A stretch of 57,208 nucleotides of DNA, the filler included, from Trichosphaerium sp. ATCC 40318 (Eukaryota > Protista > Tubulinea), in assembly GCA_038496445.1 (NCBI GenBank). It is 2 parts of 2 records of this genome, joined end to end, with 100 filler letters (N's around TTAATTAATTAA, not from the genome) between each part and the next. Parts side by side here need not be neighbours in the genome. Positions count along the whole stretch, not along the records: positions 25,749 to 57,208 come from JALMLS010000265.1; 1 more part is not named here. One strand, 5' to 3'. A program made the translations under genes and the position numbers. The notes beneath the pieces were generated by a model. That model had not been told where the DNA came from. It saw only the letters and a program-made list of their open reading frames with translations, and searched no databases. Positions within the stretch are counted from its first letter, which is position 1. Each line of letters begins with the position of its first letter. Positions 36,656-49,100 of this stretch are shown piece by piece.

Positions 36656-38110
36656 GGAGATGTACAGAATGAAATGAATTGATTCCGAAAAAACACGAAA
36701 TGTTCTGAAAAAAACACGAAATATTCCGAAACATTCCGTGTTTTTACCATCTCCAAACCATATCTCATATAGTTGAAGCAAGGTCTGATAGTAGGTAGTT
36801 TATAAGAGCAATGCAGCACAGTTTGTACCAAAAAAAGTGAAGTTGATAACAGCTTTTTGTAATCGCAATAATCTGAGTCAGTACTGCGACTATTTTGCGA
36901 AGTTGTCTAAAGAACAAGAAATGTCATGGTACTCCTGATAGGTTTTGTGGAGAAGTTTTTTTCAGTTAACGTTGTACACGCGACTTTCGTAGTTTTTGTG
37001 TGTTGGAAGTGCTCCTTGCTTGTGCTACAGCAACTTAAGATGGTTTTTGTGCAAAACAATCACTTTGGAAGTGATACGAAACTGATTTGAAAGCACTTTC
37101 TTTTCGCTTCATAACGCCTTGGTAGAAACGCTCTAGAATCACTTGGAAAGTGGTTTGAAAGTGATTTGAAAGTGATTCCAAAACGATTGCTAAGCGCTTT
37201 TTTTCTTCAAAGCGTCAGTATTGGTTGTAATACATCTGAGGTGCACTTGCGAAATAACAAAATTGCAAAAGGTGCACCTACAACATCAAGAGATAAAAAA
37301 ACTCATGTAGAAATCGCTTTGGAATCACTTTCAAATCACTTTCAAACCGCTTTCCAAGTGATTTTAGAGCGTTTCTACCAAGGCGTTATGAAGCGAAAAG
37401 AAAGCGCTTTCAAATCACTTTTGAATCACTTGGAAAGTGCTTGTTATGCACGGAAAACCATCTTGATTTGCTGTAGCACAAGCAAGGAGCACTTCCAACA
37501 CACAGAAACTACGAAAGTCGTGTATACAACGCTAAATGAAAGAAAGTCAAATCACCATATCAGGAACCATTGGGGCAGCATCGCTTTTGAGACAGTTTCG
37601 AAAATTACGACATTTTTGATTTTTGATATTTACGGCATTTCGAGAATCTTTGAGACGTTTTTACTCACCTCAGAACCGTCTTAACCAAAAATTGTTATTA
37701 TGAACATTTAACTAGTATTCTATACTTATAGGCTTAAAAAACATTTTGCGATTCGTTGGTGCTGTGCGGAGGAAAAGTACCGACAGTCAAAGCAATTTTT
37801 TTCAAAACAAACTTTTTCAAAAATTTCGGAATTTCTGAAACTGTCTCAAAAGCGATGCTGCCCCACTGATTGTACTATGTCTCAGAAACACTTCTCATTC
37901 TTTCTATGTCACTTTTTGGAACAAGAACAGCTGCTCACTGCAATGCTCTTGGAAACCAACCAAAAGTTCTTGCTTCAACTGTGTTAAGATGTGGTTGTCC
38001 AGGGCAATCTACTTACCAGTAAAAACACGGAATGTTTCGGAATATTTCGTGGTTTTTTCAGAACATTTTGTGTTTTTTCGGAATCAATTCATTTCATTCT
38101 GTACATCTCC
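36656..38110. mobile_element. ~1.45-kb fold-back/TIR element with nested inverted repeats, possible 3-bp TSD TCT
   Basis: ~92-bp terminal arms GGAGATGTACAGAATGAAATG... at 36656-36747 and 38019-38110; inner arms ~36927-37188 and ~37313-37570; TCT flanks both ends. Confidence 0.8.
37571..37865. mobile_element. ~295-bp MITE nested in the fold-back
   Basis: Perfect ~29-bp TIR TGGGGCAGCATCGCTTTTGAGACAGTTTC. Confidence 0.8.
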
Positions 38111-38506
38111 TCTTTCGACTACAAACGGTTACTCCACTTGACTTGCATAGCTCCAAAAAAAAAGACATTATGTTAACATTAGCCAGAAGCCAACAAATAA
38201 GAAGATTCATTTGAGCTTGTAGCGAAAAACATACTTAAAAAAGTCCAATAAAATAGGAATAAAACACGAACTAGGAAGTAAATCATGCTGTTGTTACGTA
38301 TTTTACTACACTACCTAACTGTGTTTGTGTGTTCATTACTGTACCTTTGGAAAGATGGGTTAAACTTTTTATTCCAAAGATAGAAAAGAGCTAAGTCATT
38401 TTTGAATGAAACACTTTTTGAACCTGTCCCAAGTTGCTTAGACTCTTTAAGCGAGTTTAGTTGTAATTCCCTGATACCTTACGCTTATCCAATCACTAGC
38501 GTCACT

Positions 38507-39980
38507 ATGGCAAAGCCCGATCGTGACCTTCCTGATGGCGTAACGAATATTTTAACAGACGAAGATAAAGTGTCCAGACCACTCTTTAAAGACGGAAAGT
38601 TTGGTAACCCATGGCCGGAATGGAAACAGCACGTTCATTGAGTATACCCTAACCAATCTAAATGGAATTCTAAGGTACCAAATGTCACCATGGGACATTT
38701 TAAAGATGAGAGCAGCTAAAATCCCATCTAAAGAAGTACTGGACAAGGTACGTGTTGTGTCTTTCACTTGTAACGTTTTTAGAACATATCACCTTATAGA
38801 CACCATTATAGGAGCTTCCTACGCATAAACCAACATGGAGTGCTATTAAAAACCCACCTGAAGGCGAAATACAAATAACTTGGATAGGACACTCAACTTT
38901 TTTTATTCAGATGGATGGTGTTAACTTTCTCACAGACCCAGTACGCTCATTAACATATTTTGCCCATAAAACCCAATAAAAAACGTGGTCGGGGAAATAT
39001 TCCGCCTGGTTTATTAAATTTAACAAAATGTTCTAGATTTGGTCTCAACGTGCTTCACCAAGTGCCTTGGTTGGCCCTAAGAGGTATAGACAGGTATATC
39101 TGATAAGTAAAAGGATTCAAGGCTTCTAAAAGTGGGTTCTTGCTTTAGGTTCCATGCAAGATTTCAGAGCTTCCGAAGATTGACTTTGTTGTGCTTTCAC
39201 ATGATCATTTTGATCATCTTGACCATTTTGCTGTTACTCAAATACGTAATAAGGCTCAGTGGATAATACCATTAGGTTAGTAAATCGTCATGTTACCAAC
39301 AAAACCATAATTTGTTGAAAACACTAAAAATCCTCCTAAGGTCTCGGGAAATGGTTCAAAGGTCATGGTGTAAGCAATTTTATCGAACTCCAATGGTGGG
39401 AACAATATAACTTTAATGATAAAGTCAAGATTACGTTTGCTCCTGCTATGCATTGGTCAACACGTGGCCCAGGAACTGAGCGTAAAAGTCTTTGGGGAAG
39501 TTACAGTATTAAAGGGAAATCAAAGTCTGTTTGGTTTGCTGGTGATACCGGTTACGCTGATTTCTTTAAAGAAATCGGTAACACGCTAGGTCCATTTGAC
39601 TTGGCTATTATTCCAATTGGAGCCTATGAGCCAAGGTACGTCAAAATACACCAAGAGTTGTTTCGGTGCTTAATTTTTTTTTTCCCAACAGGAAACTGTT
39701 CCGAGGGCAACATATCAATCCAGCGGAAGCTGTTCAAATTCATACCGAAGTGAAAGCTAAAAAATCAGTTGGTTGTCATTGGGGAACATTTGTATTAACA
39801 GCAGAGGTACTCACTTTGTGTGTTGATTTATTTAGTCTTTTTTTTCTATCTTTATTCTAACTGGATTTTTGGTAGCCTATTCTTCAACCTCGTGAAGATC
39901 TTGAAGTTGCTAAAAAAGATCAAGGTGTTGATAAAGATGCCTTTATAACGTTAGAACATGGTGCAACATCGACAATATGA
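38507..39980 (+). CDS. NAPEPLD: N-acyl-phosphatidylethanolamine phospholipase D-like metallo-beta-lactamase
   Basis: F.NPW, TWIGHST, TDP.WSQRASP, SHDHFDHLD, HWSTR, LWGS, FAGDTGY, PIGAYEPR and HWGTF motifs across exons. Confidence 0.9.
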
Positions 39981-40850
39981 AAGAAAAGTTGCACTACTTT
40001 TAGTAAAAGTGGTTTTTAGATCATTTTGTTTGTTGACAACTGGTTACTATAAATTGTATCTTTGCAACTTGCCTTCAAAAATCTCTTACGTTGTAGATCT
40101 CTGACAAGTTAGGTTCCATTTTGAGCTATTGTTCATCATTGCAATTAGTTTTCCCAATAAAAGGCTTTACTTACTTGCTAGTGCTAGTTACGCAAATAGT
40201 TTCTTTCCAGAACTTCTAGAAATTTCTATTAAGTTGTTTCCAGATCATTTACAAAAAAAGATGTCAAATAATTGTAGGAAGAAAATTATTTTGCCACTGG
40301 GTTTTTTTTTTTTGCAACTTGCTGGATACCCATCGTCCAAGGGCTCTTTAGGGTTTCTGTATTACCCAATTAAATCCATCTCGACAGATTAGATTTAGCA
40401 ATTGCACAAAACTTAAACAGTTGTCACAACACCTTGTTGGGATATTGTGGGTTGCACATGTACCTATTGCATTCTGTTTAGAAAAGCAAAATCTTGAGAA
40501 TTTATCCGGCTATCAAATTACCAGGATTTTGAACCTCTCACCTAGTTTACACTAGATAGGCGAGAAAGAACTTACACTCTATGAAGACTTAAGTACGAAT
40601 AGTTTGAATATTGATTTCTGCTCCAAAAAAAGAACCAAAACAGGCTTGTGGACGTTAAAGAAGTTACAATGTAGGTATTAAATAGCGTTAAATAACTGTT
40701 CGCATTTTTTTGAGGTTAAATGTCCCATATTCTTGTTTTTTGAAGAATACTGTTTTCAAAGCAAATGGAAGCCCAAATATGTAGAATTTTCAAAGTTTAT
40801 TCAGTCACTTGTATTAAACATAAACTAGCGTAGCAACAATTAAAATCGTC

Positions 40851-41625
40851 ATGGTAGGATTAAACACTTTAGCTAGAATTTCAAGCGGATCATTGACAGT
40901 GAGTGATTGTTTTTGTTTCATCTTTTCTATTTATGTTTTTGTTGACACAAGAGACTAAATCACGTTCTAAGGTTGTAGCACTTACTATTATTCTTGTGGC
41001 AACTTTTTATTTCCAAGGAACATTTTGTGTATCTGACGTATATTTTGGTACATGCATACGTCATTCAAAGCTCAATGGTTACGAATTTGGGTAAGTACAA
41101 CGTACCTTGTGCTTCTCTTTTGCTCCGAAATTTGAAACTAAAATCTATTTAGCATGATGCTAGCAGGCGGTATCTTTGGCATTCTTGCATCAGTACTTGG
41201 AGCTTTACCATTTAACGAAAATTCAAAGTATACTTTCCCAGCAGTACGTCATCAAACTTCACACAGAGTTTAAGTTGTGACAAAATTCTACTTGATTTTT
41301 CGTTTTTTTGACAAGTTAGTTCAATGATCTAAACATATTGTAGTATCTCGGTTCTGTTATTACAGCAAATTATTTTCTAGCTAGTGGCGTTGGTGTGTTA
41401 CAAAACCGAGATATATCATTGGCAACAACTAAATTGGCGAATATTGTAATTGTACGTTTCATGTTGTACCTTTTTATCAAGTCCACTGACTTATTGTTAC
41501 AGACTCTGATCTCTTTTAACGCCATCTTTGCACTTGGTTCAATCGCAGTAACTACGTTAACAGCATATATTCATTTGACTAGAAGCAAGAAACAAGAAGC
41601 TGAATTCCAATCACTATCTCCTTAA
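40851..41625 (+). CDS. Small multi-pass membrane protein, unknown function
   Basis: ATG at 40851; several short exons encoding about four hydrophobic segments; ends AEFQSLSP*. Confidence 0.55.
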
Positions 41626-41983
41626 CATGATATGAGCCAATAAAACCTTGTTAATTTAAACGTCAAAATTGCCATTCTTTGTATCTGTTACGCCAAACTC
41701 TCTTGAGCCAGCACTCCGTTTCATGCGAATTCCATCTCTTTTGTCAATTGAAATAGTAGCATTTCAAAAACAACTGGCCATTTTCCATGCCATTGTTTGT
41801 ATCTCTATACAATAAGTACTGTAAAACCGTTTTCATGGCTAGATAAGCTATAAAACTTGGTTGGATTTAAATCACGTGCAAAACGATTGCTATATTTGCT
41901 TGTTTTCCTTTGTTTAGACAAGACGGTAGGGCAGTGTTGTGTTATTAACGGGAGTATAAACTGCTGAGAAAACGAGCTCTGCT

Positions 41984-43002
41984 TTATTCAAGTTTTACTA
42001 CAGCTTTGTTTGACCTTGTAGAAGTTTTTTTTGGAAAGATGTAGGTTATGTAACGTTCAGTGCCGACATAGCAAATGATAAGAGACATCCAAAAGGAAAG
42101 ACCAACACCAATGTCCCAGTTTCTCAAGCCTGGATCCTAAACGAATTTCATCAGCAACCTTGTTTTGTAAGCAAGTGTTTGTACCTCATCCAGGGAAACT
42201 ATAAATAGTAGCAAGACTTGAGCAGGTCGCTGCATGAAAGAGAAGAGAATACAACTCAAAGACCTTAAATTCCACATGTAATGAGACGAAAACCGTTTGT
42301 TTGTTGCTGCAATGTAGGCCTTTGTCATGCAGTAAAAATACCTGACTGCAACTATAATAGACGTAATAGGTATGTGAGCATCATGTTCAGTATTTAAAGC
42401 TAGCATAACACCGGTAACGCTCAGGTAAGCACCAATAAAGTAGTAAAGAACTGGAATACGTTAAGGCAAAACATTGGCAATAAATATGAAAGGAAACAAA
42501 AAAGAAAAAGCGGGAGGATACAACCACATAATCTGTGGAATGTGGGGTACTTCTGTCGAACACGTTTTGAGAATTGAAAAAGTGCAATCACACCTTTTTG
42601 AGAAAATATTAAAAATAAATCACGTGATACGTTAGCAAAACTCACCAAAGATCGTTCCAAAATGGATATGAGGGTCTATGATATATTTTGATGACGTTTC
42701 ATGGTAGTTTAACCTCTCCTTTGCTACACGGTCTAAGTACCTACAAACGATTAACACTGGACTGCGCTCAGGCGTAAAAAACAACGTGCTGATCTGATAT
42801 GTTGTGTCCTAAACCCTTTAACACTGGCTACACTCAGGTTAGATAAAAAACGTCTTCAACTATGGAGTTTATTTGGTTTTATTACCTCAAATGGCTGTAG
42901 AACCATGTTAGGGTTGCCGATCGCGAAACGGTAAGAGTTCGATACAGTCCATAGACAGTGTAAAGCCAATCCAACGGAAGTAAGTACGTATAACACCTTC
43001 AT
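41984..43002 (-). CDS. DUF2306-like membrane protein (paralogue 2, inverted)
   Basis: Highly similar reverse complement of 31077-32089 with the same exon structure. Confidence 0.7.
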
Positions 43003-43216
43003 GACAAGTGTTTATCCACAGTGGGCGGGTACTAGTGTGAGTTTTTTTGTGAATGAAAACCATACCTTCCTAGATTTGTGTTGACCATCTTTGGACTGAG
43101 AATTTGTTGGCCGTGTTTTGTAAATTCAAATAAACAGTGAAGATGTAGCCACAGCTCTCTGTCATCACTAAAAACAAAAGTTACCATGTTTGTACACCTA
43201 CAATAGAATTATTTCA

Positions 43217-43463
43217 GGAATTGACCCGGATCATCAACAAAAAAGATTTTCGATAATCCATTTTTCAAGGTTAGTCATTTTTTTGCTGTGTTTTTTCATC
43301 ACTATGAGCATTCAGTACATTGTGACAAGCATTAAATGTTTAAATCAATTGATAGTATCCATTTTATGAAATATGAGGTATGGAAATTATTTAGGATATG
43401 AGCAATGCCGACTGAACAATGGGATTATCGATAATATTGTTTGTGATAATCCAGGTCAATTCC
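43217..43463. mobile_element. ~247-bp MITE-like inverted-repeat element
   Basis: Arms GGAATTGACC(C/T)GGAT(C/T)ATCA...CGATAATCC at both ends. Confidence 0.55.
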
Positions 43464-44141
43464 AAAGAAATCCTCGAACTGATTTCGTCTGTTAACAACT
43501 ATTGTCTAGCAATTCTCTAATTTTTAATAAATATGATAGCGTTACGATGTCCTCGTATAAACTAAAAAACTCAGCAAAAGTTGGTTAATTACGATTTATC
43601 AAGTAGTAAGTACCACCCATCCTCATGTCAATCCACAAAGGAACTCAAAGAATATCAATGCTCCCTTCACTTTCGTCTTCATCTCCTGTTTCTGTTACTA
43701 TTAAAAACAAAACCAAGCCATTCAAATTTAGTCCATGTAGAAGGTTCAAAAAGAAAAGTAAGTAAAACTTGAATACATTAAAACTTCCTTTGATGAGCAG
43801 CTCAAAACTTCAAGCACGGCTGCAAGTATGAATTTGGCATTTGTATTTTTTGTCAAAATAACGATAAATAGTTGCTACAAAAGTATTAGCTAGGCCCACG
43901 TGATGATATCAACGAACCAAAGATATACAGCTGCTTTTGGTATTTTTATTTTTGCAACTTGCAATGTGGAACTACCAAAGAGGTGCTTATATATACTCCA
44001 AAACATGTAATATCTACAACCCAGAAAAAAGCAACAGTGTAAACAACCAATGAACAATTTATGTCAAACACGTGAAGTAGCAAACAATTTTTATATCACA
44101 CGTGAATTCAACAAAACTGTAAATAAAGATCCTTACCCAAC

Positions 44142-45100
44142 ATGACACTCTTTGCTTTTAGTCGTATGATATATTCATTAGATACAATGCTAGGTAATCG
44201 GTTAGCGATTCAAGTGTCTTTCCTGCAAACGATCATTGAAAGTTCCCAAAAGTTTGGATTCAGGAGAAAACGAAAAAAACAAAAACAGCCATACACATCG
44301 ATCAATGCATCACATAGCACTTTTCGTTACACTCTTGCTTGCGGTGTAAGCCTCTTTAGTACAAATGTATACGGTTAACGAATTCCATAGCAGTACAACA
44401 ACGGCTATAGTATACAATGCGCCCGGTAGTATTACACTTCCATTTCCTCCTTGGACAAGAACTTGCCCAGATGGTGGCATGACGGGTGTTCGCACAATCA
44501 CTACTACAGATCCTAGAATATTTTCTTGGAGGTGCTTTCATGATACTATCGGATTCAATGGTCCTCATACAAACTTTGCGTCTACAATAGGGCTGCCATT
44601 TATTCATCTGTGTCCTCCAGGCTATGTAATGAAGAGTGCGTCTTTTCTCAAAAAGCCGTTTTACCGGAATCAATTCTGACTCTTTTAAGCAATTCGAGGC
44701 ACCGGTTGGTCTGCTGTTAGTAATGACAGGGTATTTAGGCTTCGATGCGAGTACGTTTGCTTGAGTTTTACTTTCATTAAAGGTCGTGCTAGGACGGAAG
44801 AGAGGTTGACATGTCAAACGAATAAAAGCGAGTGGATAGGTATATCACGTGTTCTCAAAAGTTGGATTTGTTTTAATATAACTTCTGTAGACATGTACAA
44901 TCATGTTCCTGGTTTCAACGGCGTCGGTAATATTCTTTGCCCATCTGAAAGACCATATATAACTGGATTCAGAGTGAGCTCTCCAGGGTAAGTGCCTAAA
45001 AAGAAAAATCAAATTTCTAGTTTTTGTGATAAGTTTTTCTAGTGGAGCACCGTCTGATCGTGTATGGTTTATGCAATGTTCCGCTGTAACTTGTACTTAA
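44142..45100 (+). CDS. Small Cys-containing, probably secreted protein with repeated C-P..G..G...R.W/F.C units (weakly dermatopontin-like)
   Basis: Exons 44365-44679, ~44890-44988 and ~45043-45100 (CPDGGMTG..PRIFSWRC; CPSERPYITG..DRVWFMQC). 5' structure uncertain. Confidence 0.4.
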
Positions 45101-45457
45101 ATCTTGGTTTTGTTGTGTTTATAAATAAAGTAAAGTAAACAGTTGAGTGATTGTGTACAGATTCGTTGCTTAAGAATATTGCCTTTAAGAAAGTACAAGA
45201 CAACGTGTTACTATGTGTTATTGTACTCTATCGAAACAACATGCCAGGATTAAAACATACTTGAGGTGTTGCACAAGATTGTGACATAGGATAATCGTTG
45301 AAGACGAGCAGATGCTCACTAGTTTCTAATGCATTCCATTTGGCATGCTCACTGACTGTTTTTGCGTATAGAAAACGCTCAAAAAAAGCTTTTTTATTTG
45401 CTAAAGTACATTTCACGCGGTGTTTTGGCCTGTGTGTTGTTTTGTTTTACAAAGACG

Positions 45458-45954
45458 TTATTTGTTCAGAATGACACGAGGTCTTTTGTTAAATAGATAC
45501 CGCTTGCGCACCACACCAATGACTTCGTAGCTTGGTAGTTGTTCTGACGGCTAAATGACGCGTTATAAGAGAATTTGTTTCATACTGTGTCAAATAGCGT
45601 AGAAGAGGTGCTCACACATTTGTATTGCGTACCATAGTATTTGTGGTGTTATTATCGTCTGTTGACATTGGATCAGGTTTAACATATCCAGCAGGCTCCT
45701 TCTTGCGTAGTATTGCCAATGGTGGCTTGACGTCTTGTACGGCGCCATGTAAACGGAATTTACCAATCTGTAGTTGCGGTTGTGGCTATTGTATTGTTTT
45801 TAAAAAACAAGCGGTGCTAATAGCTTCGTACGCCTTGAATAAACTCTCCAATGTCTTTACTTTGAAGATTTTTAATACCAGGCTCTAATGTCCCTTGAAG
45901 CTCAATAACAAAGTATTCTTTTGGGTCATCTGCTGAACGTACTACAATACGCAT
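45458..45954 (-). CDS. CTF8: Chromosome transmission fidelity protein 8 (Ctf18-RFC subunit)
   Basis: Three exons: YFVIELQGTL..., IGKFRLHGAVQDVKPPLAILRK, YEVIGVVRKRYLFNKRPRVI*. Confidence 0.82.
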
Positions 45955-46130
45955 AACCCCGCCCTTTTTTTAATCGTTTTTATTTCAAAAAATTGTTTTC
46001 AGCGATTTCTTCGCAAAGACTTTGTGTGACACTGTCATTTAGTTATTACATTTCTTTTTCCTAAATACAAGTACTTCTTTGACTATTACAGTCTTTCTCT
46101 ACGTTTTTTCTTGCAATTAGACTGAGAAAA

Positions 46131-49100
46131 ATGTCTAAACGAAAGAATGGCTCGTCAGGCAGTAAGAATAAGCGTAAGAGGCGTAAAAAGTATGATAAAG
46201 ATTTGGAAATGGTACAGAAGGCAGAAAAGCTTGAGCAAGAAATGAGGGAGTTAGAAGCGCTTAATATGCTTCAATTACAGGTACGCAAGCGACATAAGGA
46301 GATGTTCAATTAAATTTAAAACGCAGACAACAGAACTCGTTGATTCCGTTGTTCCAACGTCTGGAACATGCGACGCCTTCGTAAAAAACCTAAAACAAAG
46401 CGCTTTGGACACAGTGAAACAAAAAAAGGTAACAACTCGCCCATACGCGTCCATAATACATAGTAATACAGCTGACATATCTAAAAAGCTATTGTGGAAA
46501 AACCTAGAGAAGTTCGTTCCACCAGAACAGAAAAGCAAGTGTCAACCTTCAGACGCTATCAAAATGGCTAAACCAGACGGCATACGCCTCGTTGGTTCAT
46601 ATTTGCTAGACACGATCATTATATCGGAAACAACAAACGTTGATGTTGTCGCTATCGTTCCAGCCTCGTGCCTACATTTGGATGATCTTAATGCACGCAC
46701 TTACGAGAAAGACATACTGATGTATGCTGCTGGTATGGCTAAACATGTCTCGGATTGGTACGAAGAGATCTTTTAGTTATTTTTTTTTTTCGATTTTTCC
46801 AGAATTGTTTTATTTTTTATTTCGCTAATGGTGAATCATGTAGTGGTTATACATGCTCTGTAGTACCAAGCACTATAGATGGTAGATCACCAATGCTAAA
46901 AATTGCAGTAAAAGGATCTAGTAGCGTAGCATTCGCATGTAACATCCATTTTGGACCTTCAACTCAATTTTTTATCGAAAATGAAGATGTATTGGACGAT
47001 GTTGAAGATCACTTGAGAACGCGTCTACTACGTGAGATGCTTATGTTCCATCACTTGGAACTTGCACATCACTATCTAGACGATCACGAGAACGTTAAGG
47101 AAGCGATAGTACTTGCAAAGGTGTGGCTAGAACAAAGGGATTTATCAACTGGCTTCGATTCTATTAAGGGTTTTATTGTCACCATGCTTGTAGTACATCT
47201 TATCCGCGGTGGTGTTAATGATGGTGCACCACCAGTGCATATTTTTCAGCAATTTCTTCACTTAATACGTGCGTTTGGCAACCAGCAGTATAGCCTTTGT
47301 TTAATCGTTTGATTATTGTTAACTTTTTTTTGATGTTTATTTTAGACCAACAGTTTAACACTGTCATTTATATGAAGCCATTCACTCAAGATGAAGTTGA
47401 CGCAGCAGATCTTATTTCGTTGTGTGAACAATTTCCAGCACATTGTGATAACACTTCTGGGTTTATTGATCCTTCTGGTAGTATTGATTTGGCCATGTTT
47501 TTGGGTTTGCAATACCAAGCAAGAGTACGTTTGTTTAGCATATTTTTTTAGCAATTTTGTGAGCGCACGTGCAAATGAATGTAAGTTTGAGCGTTTTATG
47601 TGAAAAGAATTTGTAGCGTTACAATTTGAAAAGCAGCACAAGACCAAAACAAAATTTACTTTTAATCAGAATCATTTGTGGTTCGTGCTTCATTTTCCAT
47701 CAATACATTTATTTAAGCAATAAGTTTAATTTTCCGTTTTTCGTTCCTTTTTGATTGATTTTGAGCATTGTAACGGATCCTTCGAGTTGGTAGTACTTTG
47801 TTCATAACAACTTGGGTCGTATAGCTCAGCTGGTTAGAGCACCGTGCTAATAACGCGGGGGTCCAGGGTTCGATCCCCTGTATGACCAAGAACCTTTTTG
47901 CCCATCACCGTAGCATGAGGTGTTTCTCATTATTCTTTTGTGAGTGCCGCCACTCTCTAATGATTAGCGCACATTGTCACAAAACTGTATTAAAAACGGT
48001 GCATTACATGGGCTGTGGTGGTGACATTAACTTTTTTTTTTTTCAGTGTATGTAGAAAATTTTGTGCTAATTTTTCCTCTCCCGACTTTTTTCCTTGCAT
48101 CCCTAGCACTTTTTACAATTTTTTTAAGTTTCTAAGACAGCCTAACATTTAACACATCGTGTTGTTGGTTTTTTGTCTCAGTTGTTGATGTCCTCTTGTG
48201 TTACGCATCTGTTCATTCATATTTTTTAATTTTTCTTTATTATTTTGATTAGTTTTCTCATTTTTTTTGCTTTTAGGCAGTCACAGAAGCCGCTAGAACA
48301 CTTGTGTATATGCAAAACTATAAGAACAACTTTTTCGAACGTGTTTTTCTTACAAAGACTGGGTTCTACTACGATTATGACTATTATCTTAGGTACCTCA
48401 ATTATTTTTTTGGTTTTGTACTAATTTCCACTTTAGGATAAGCTTGGATGGTAATCGTCATTACAATGTAGCTTCAATTATATCGCTTCTAAGGCGTGGT
48501 TGGAAAGATAGGGTTTCATCTCTTCATTACGTTGTATCTCAGAAGCCAGCTTGTCTTGTCGTTGGCATGCGATTAGCGCCAACATGTTTTGCACCTGTCG
48601 ATAAAGGACCTGAACCAAGAGATAAGCAAGCCTCGGCAGAGTACTTACAATTATGGGGCAAAAAGTTACCACAAATCCGTCGATTTAATGATGCTAGCAC
48701 AGTTTATGCAATTGGTACGTTACAATTGTTTAAGTTGGAATCTTGCCGATATTCTTTGGTTAACATGTTCGATTTAGTTTGGGCACCTGTTTTAGAGGAG
48801 TTAAAAACGACAAACACAGTTGAGGCAATTGCACGATATCTGCTCTCTCATCACTTTGGCACACCACATAAACACGTAGAGTAAGTAGATTATACACTTA
48901 CGAGCGAATCGTTGATGTAATTACAGGCAATGGGGTGTCTCTTTAAAGTCACTTTTGACAAAGAACAAAACGGACTTCGCAAGCAGTATAAGAACTCATG
49001 GTTCAACTCTTAGTGAGCTTCTAAAGAGACTAGATCTTCCTCTACCTATAACAGAGGTTCTATTCTATGGAGGTATTTGGACAGGATGCAGTCCTTATGT

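Noticed and set aside
37166-37684. 172-aa ORF as the transposase of the fold-back element
   Set aside because: It runs through inverted-repeat arms into the nested MITE and has no DDE or other recognisable motif.
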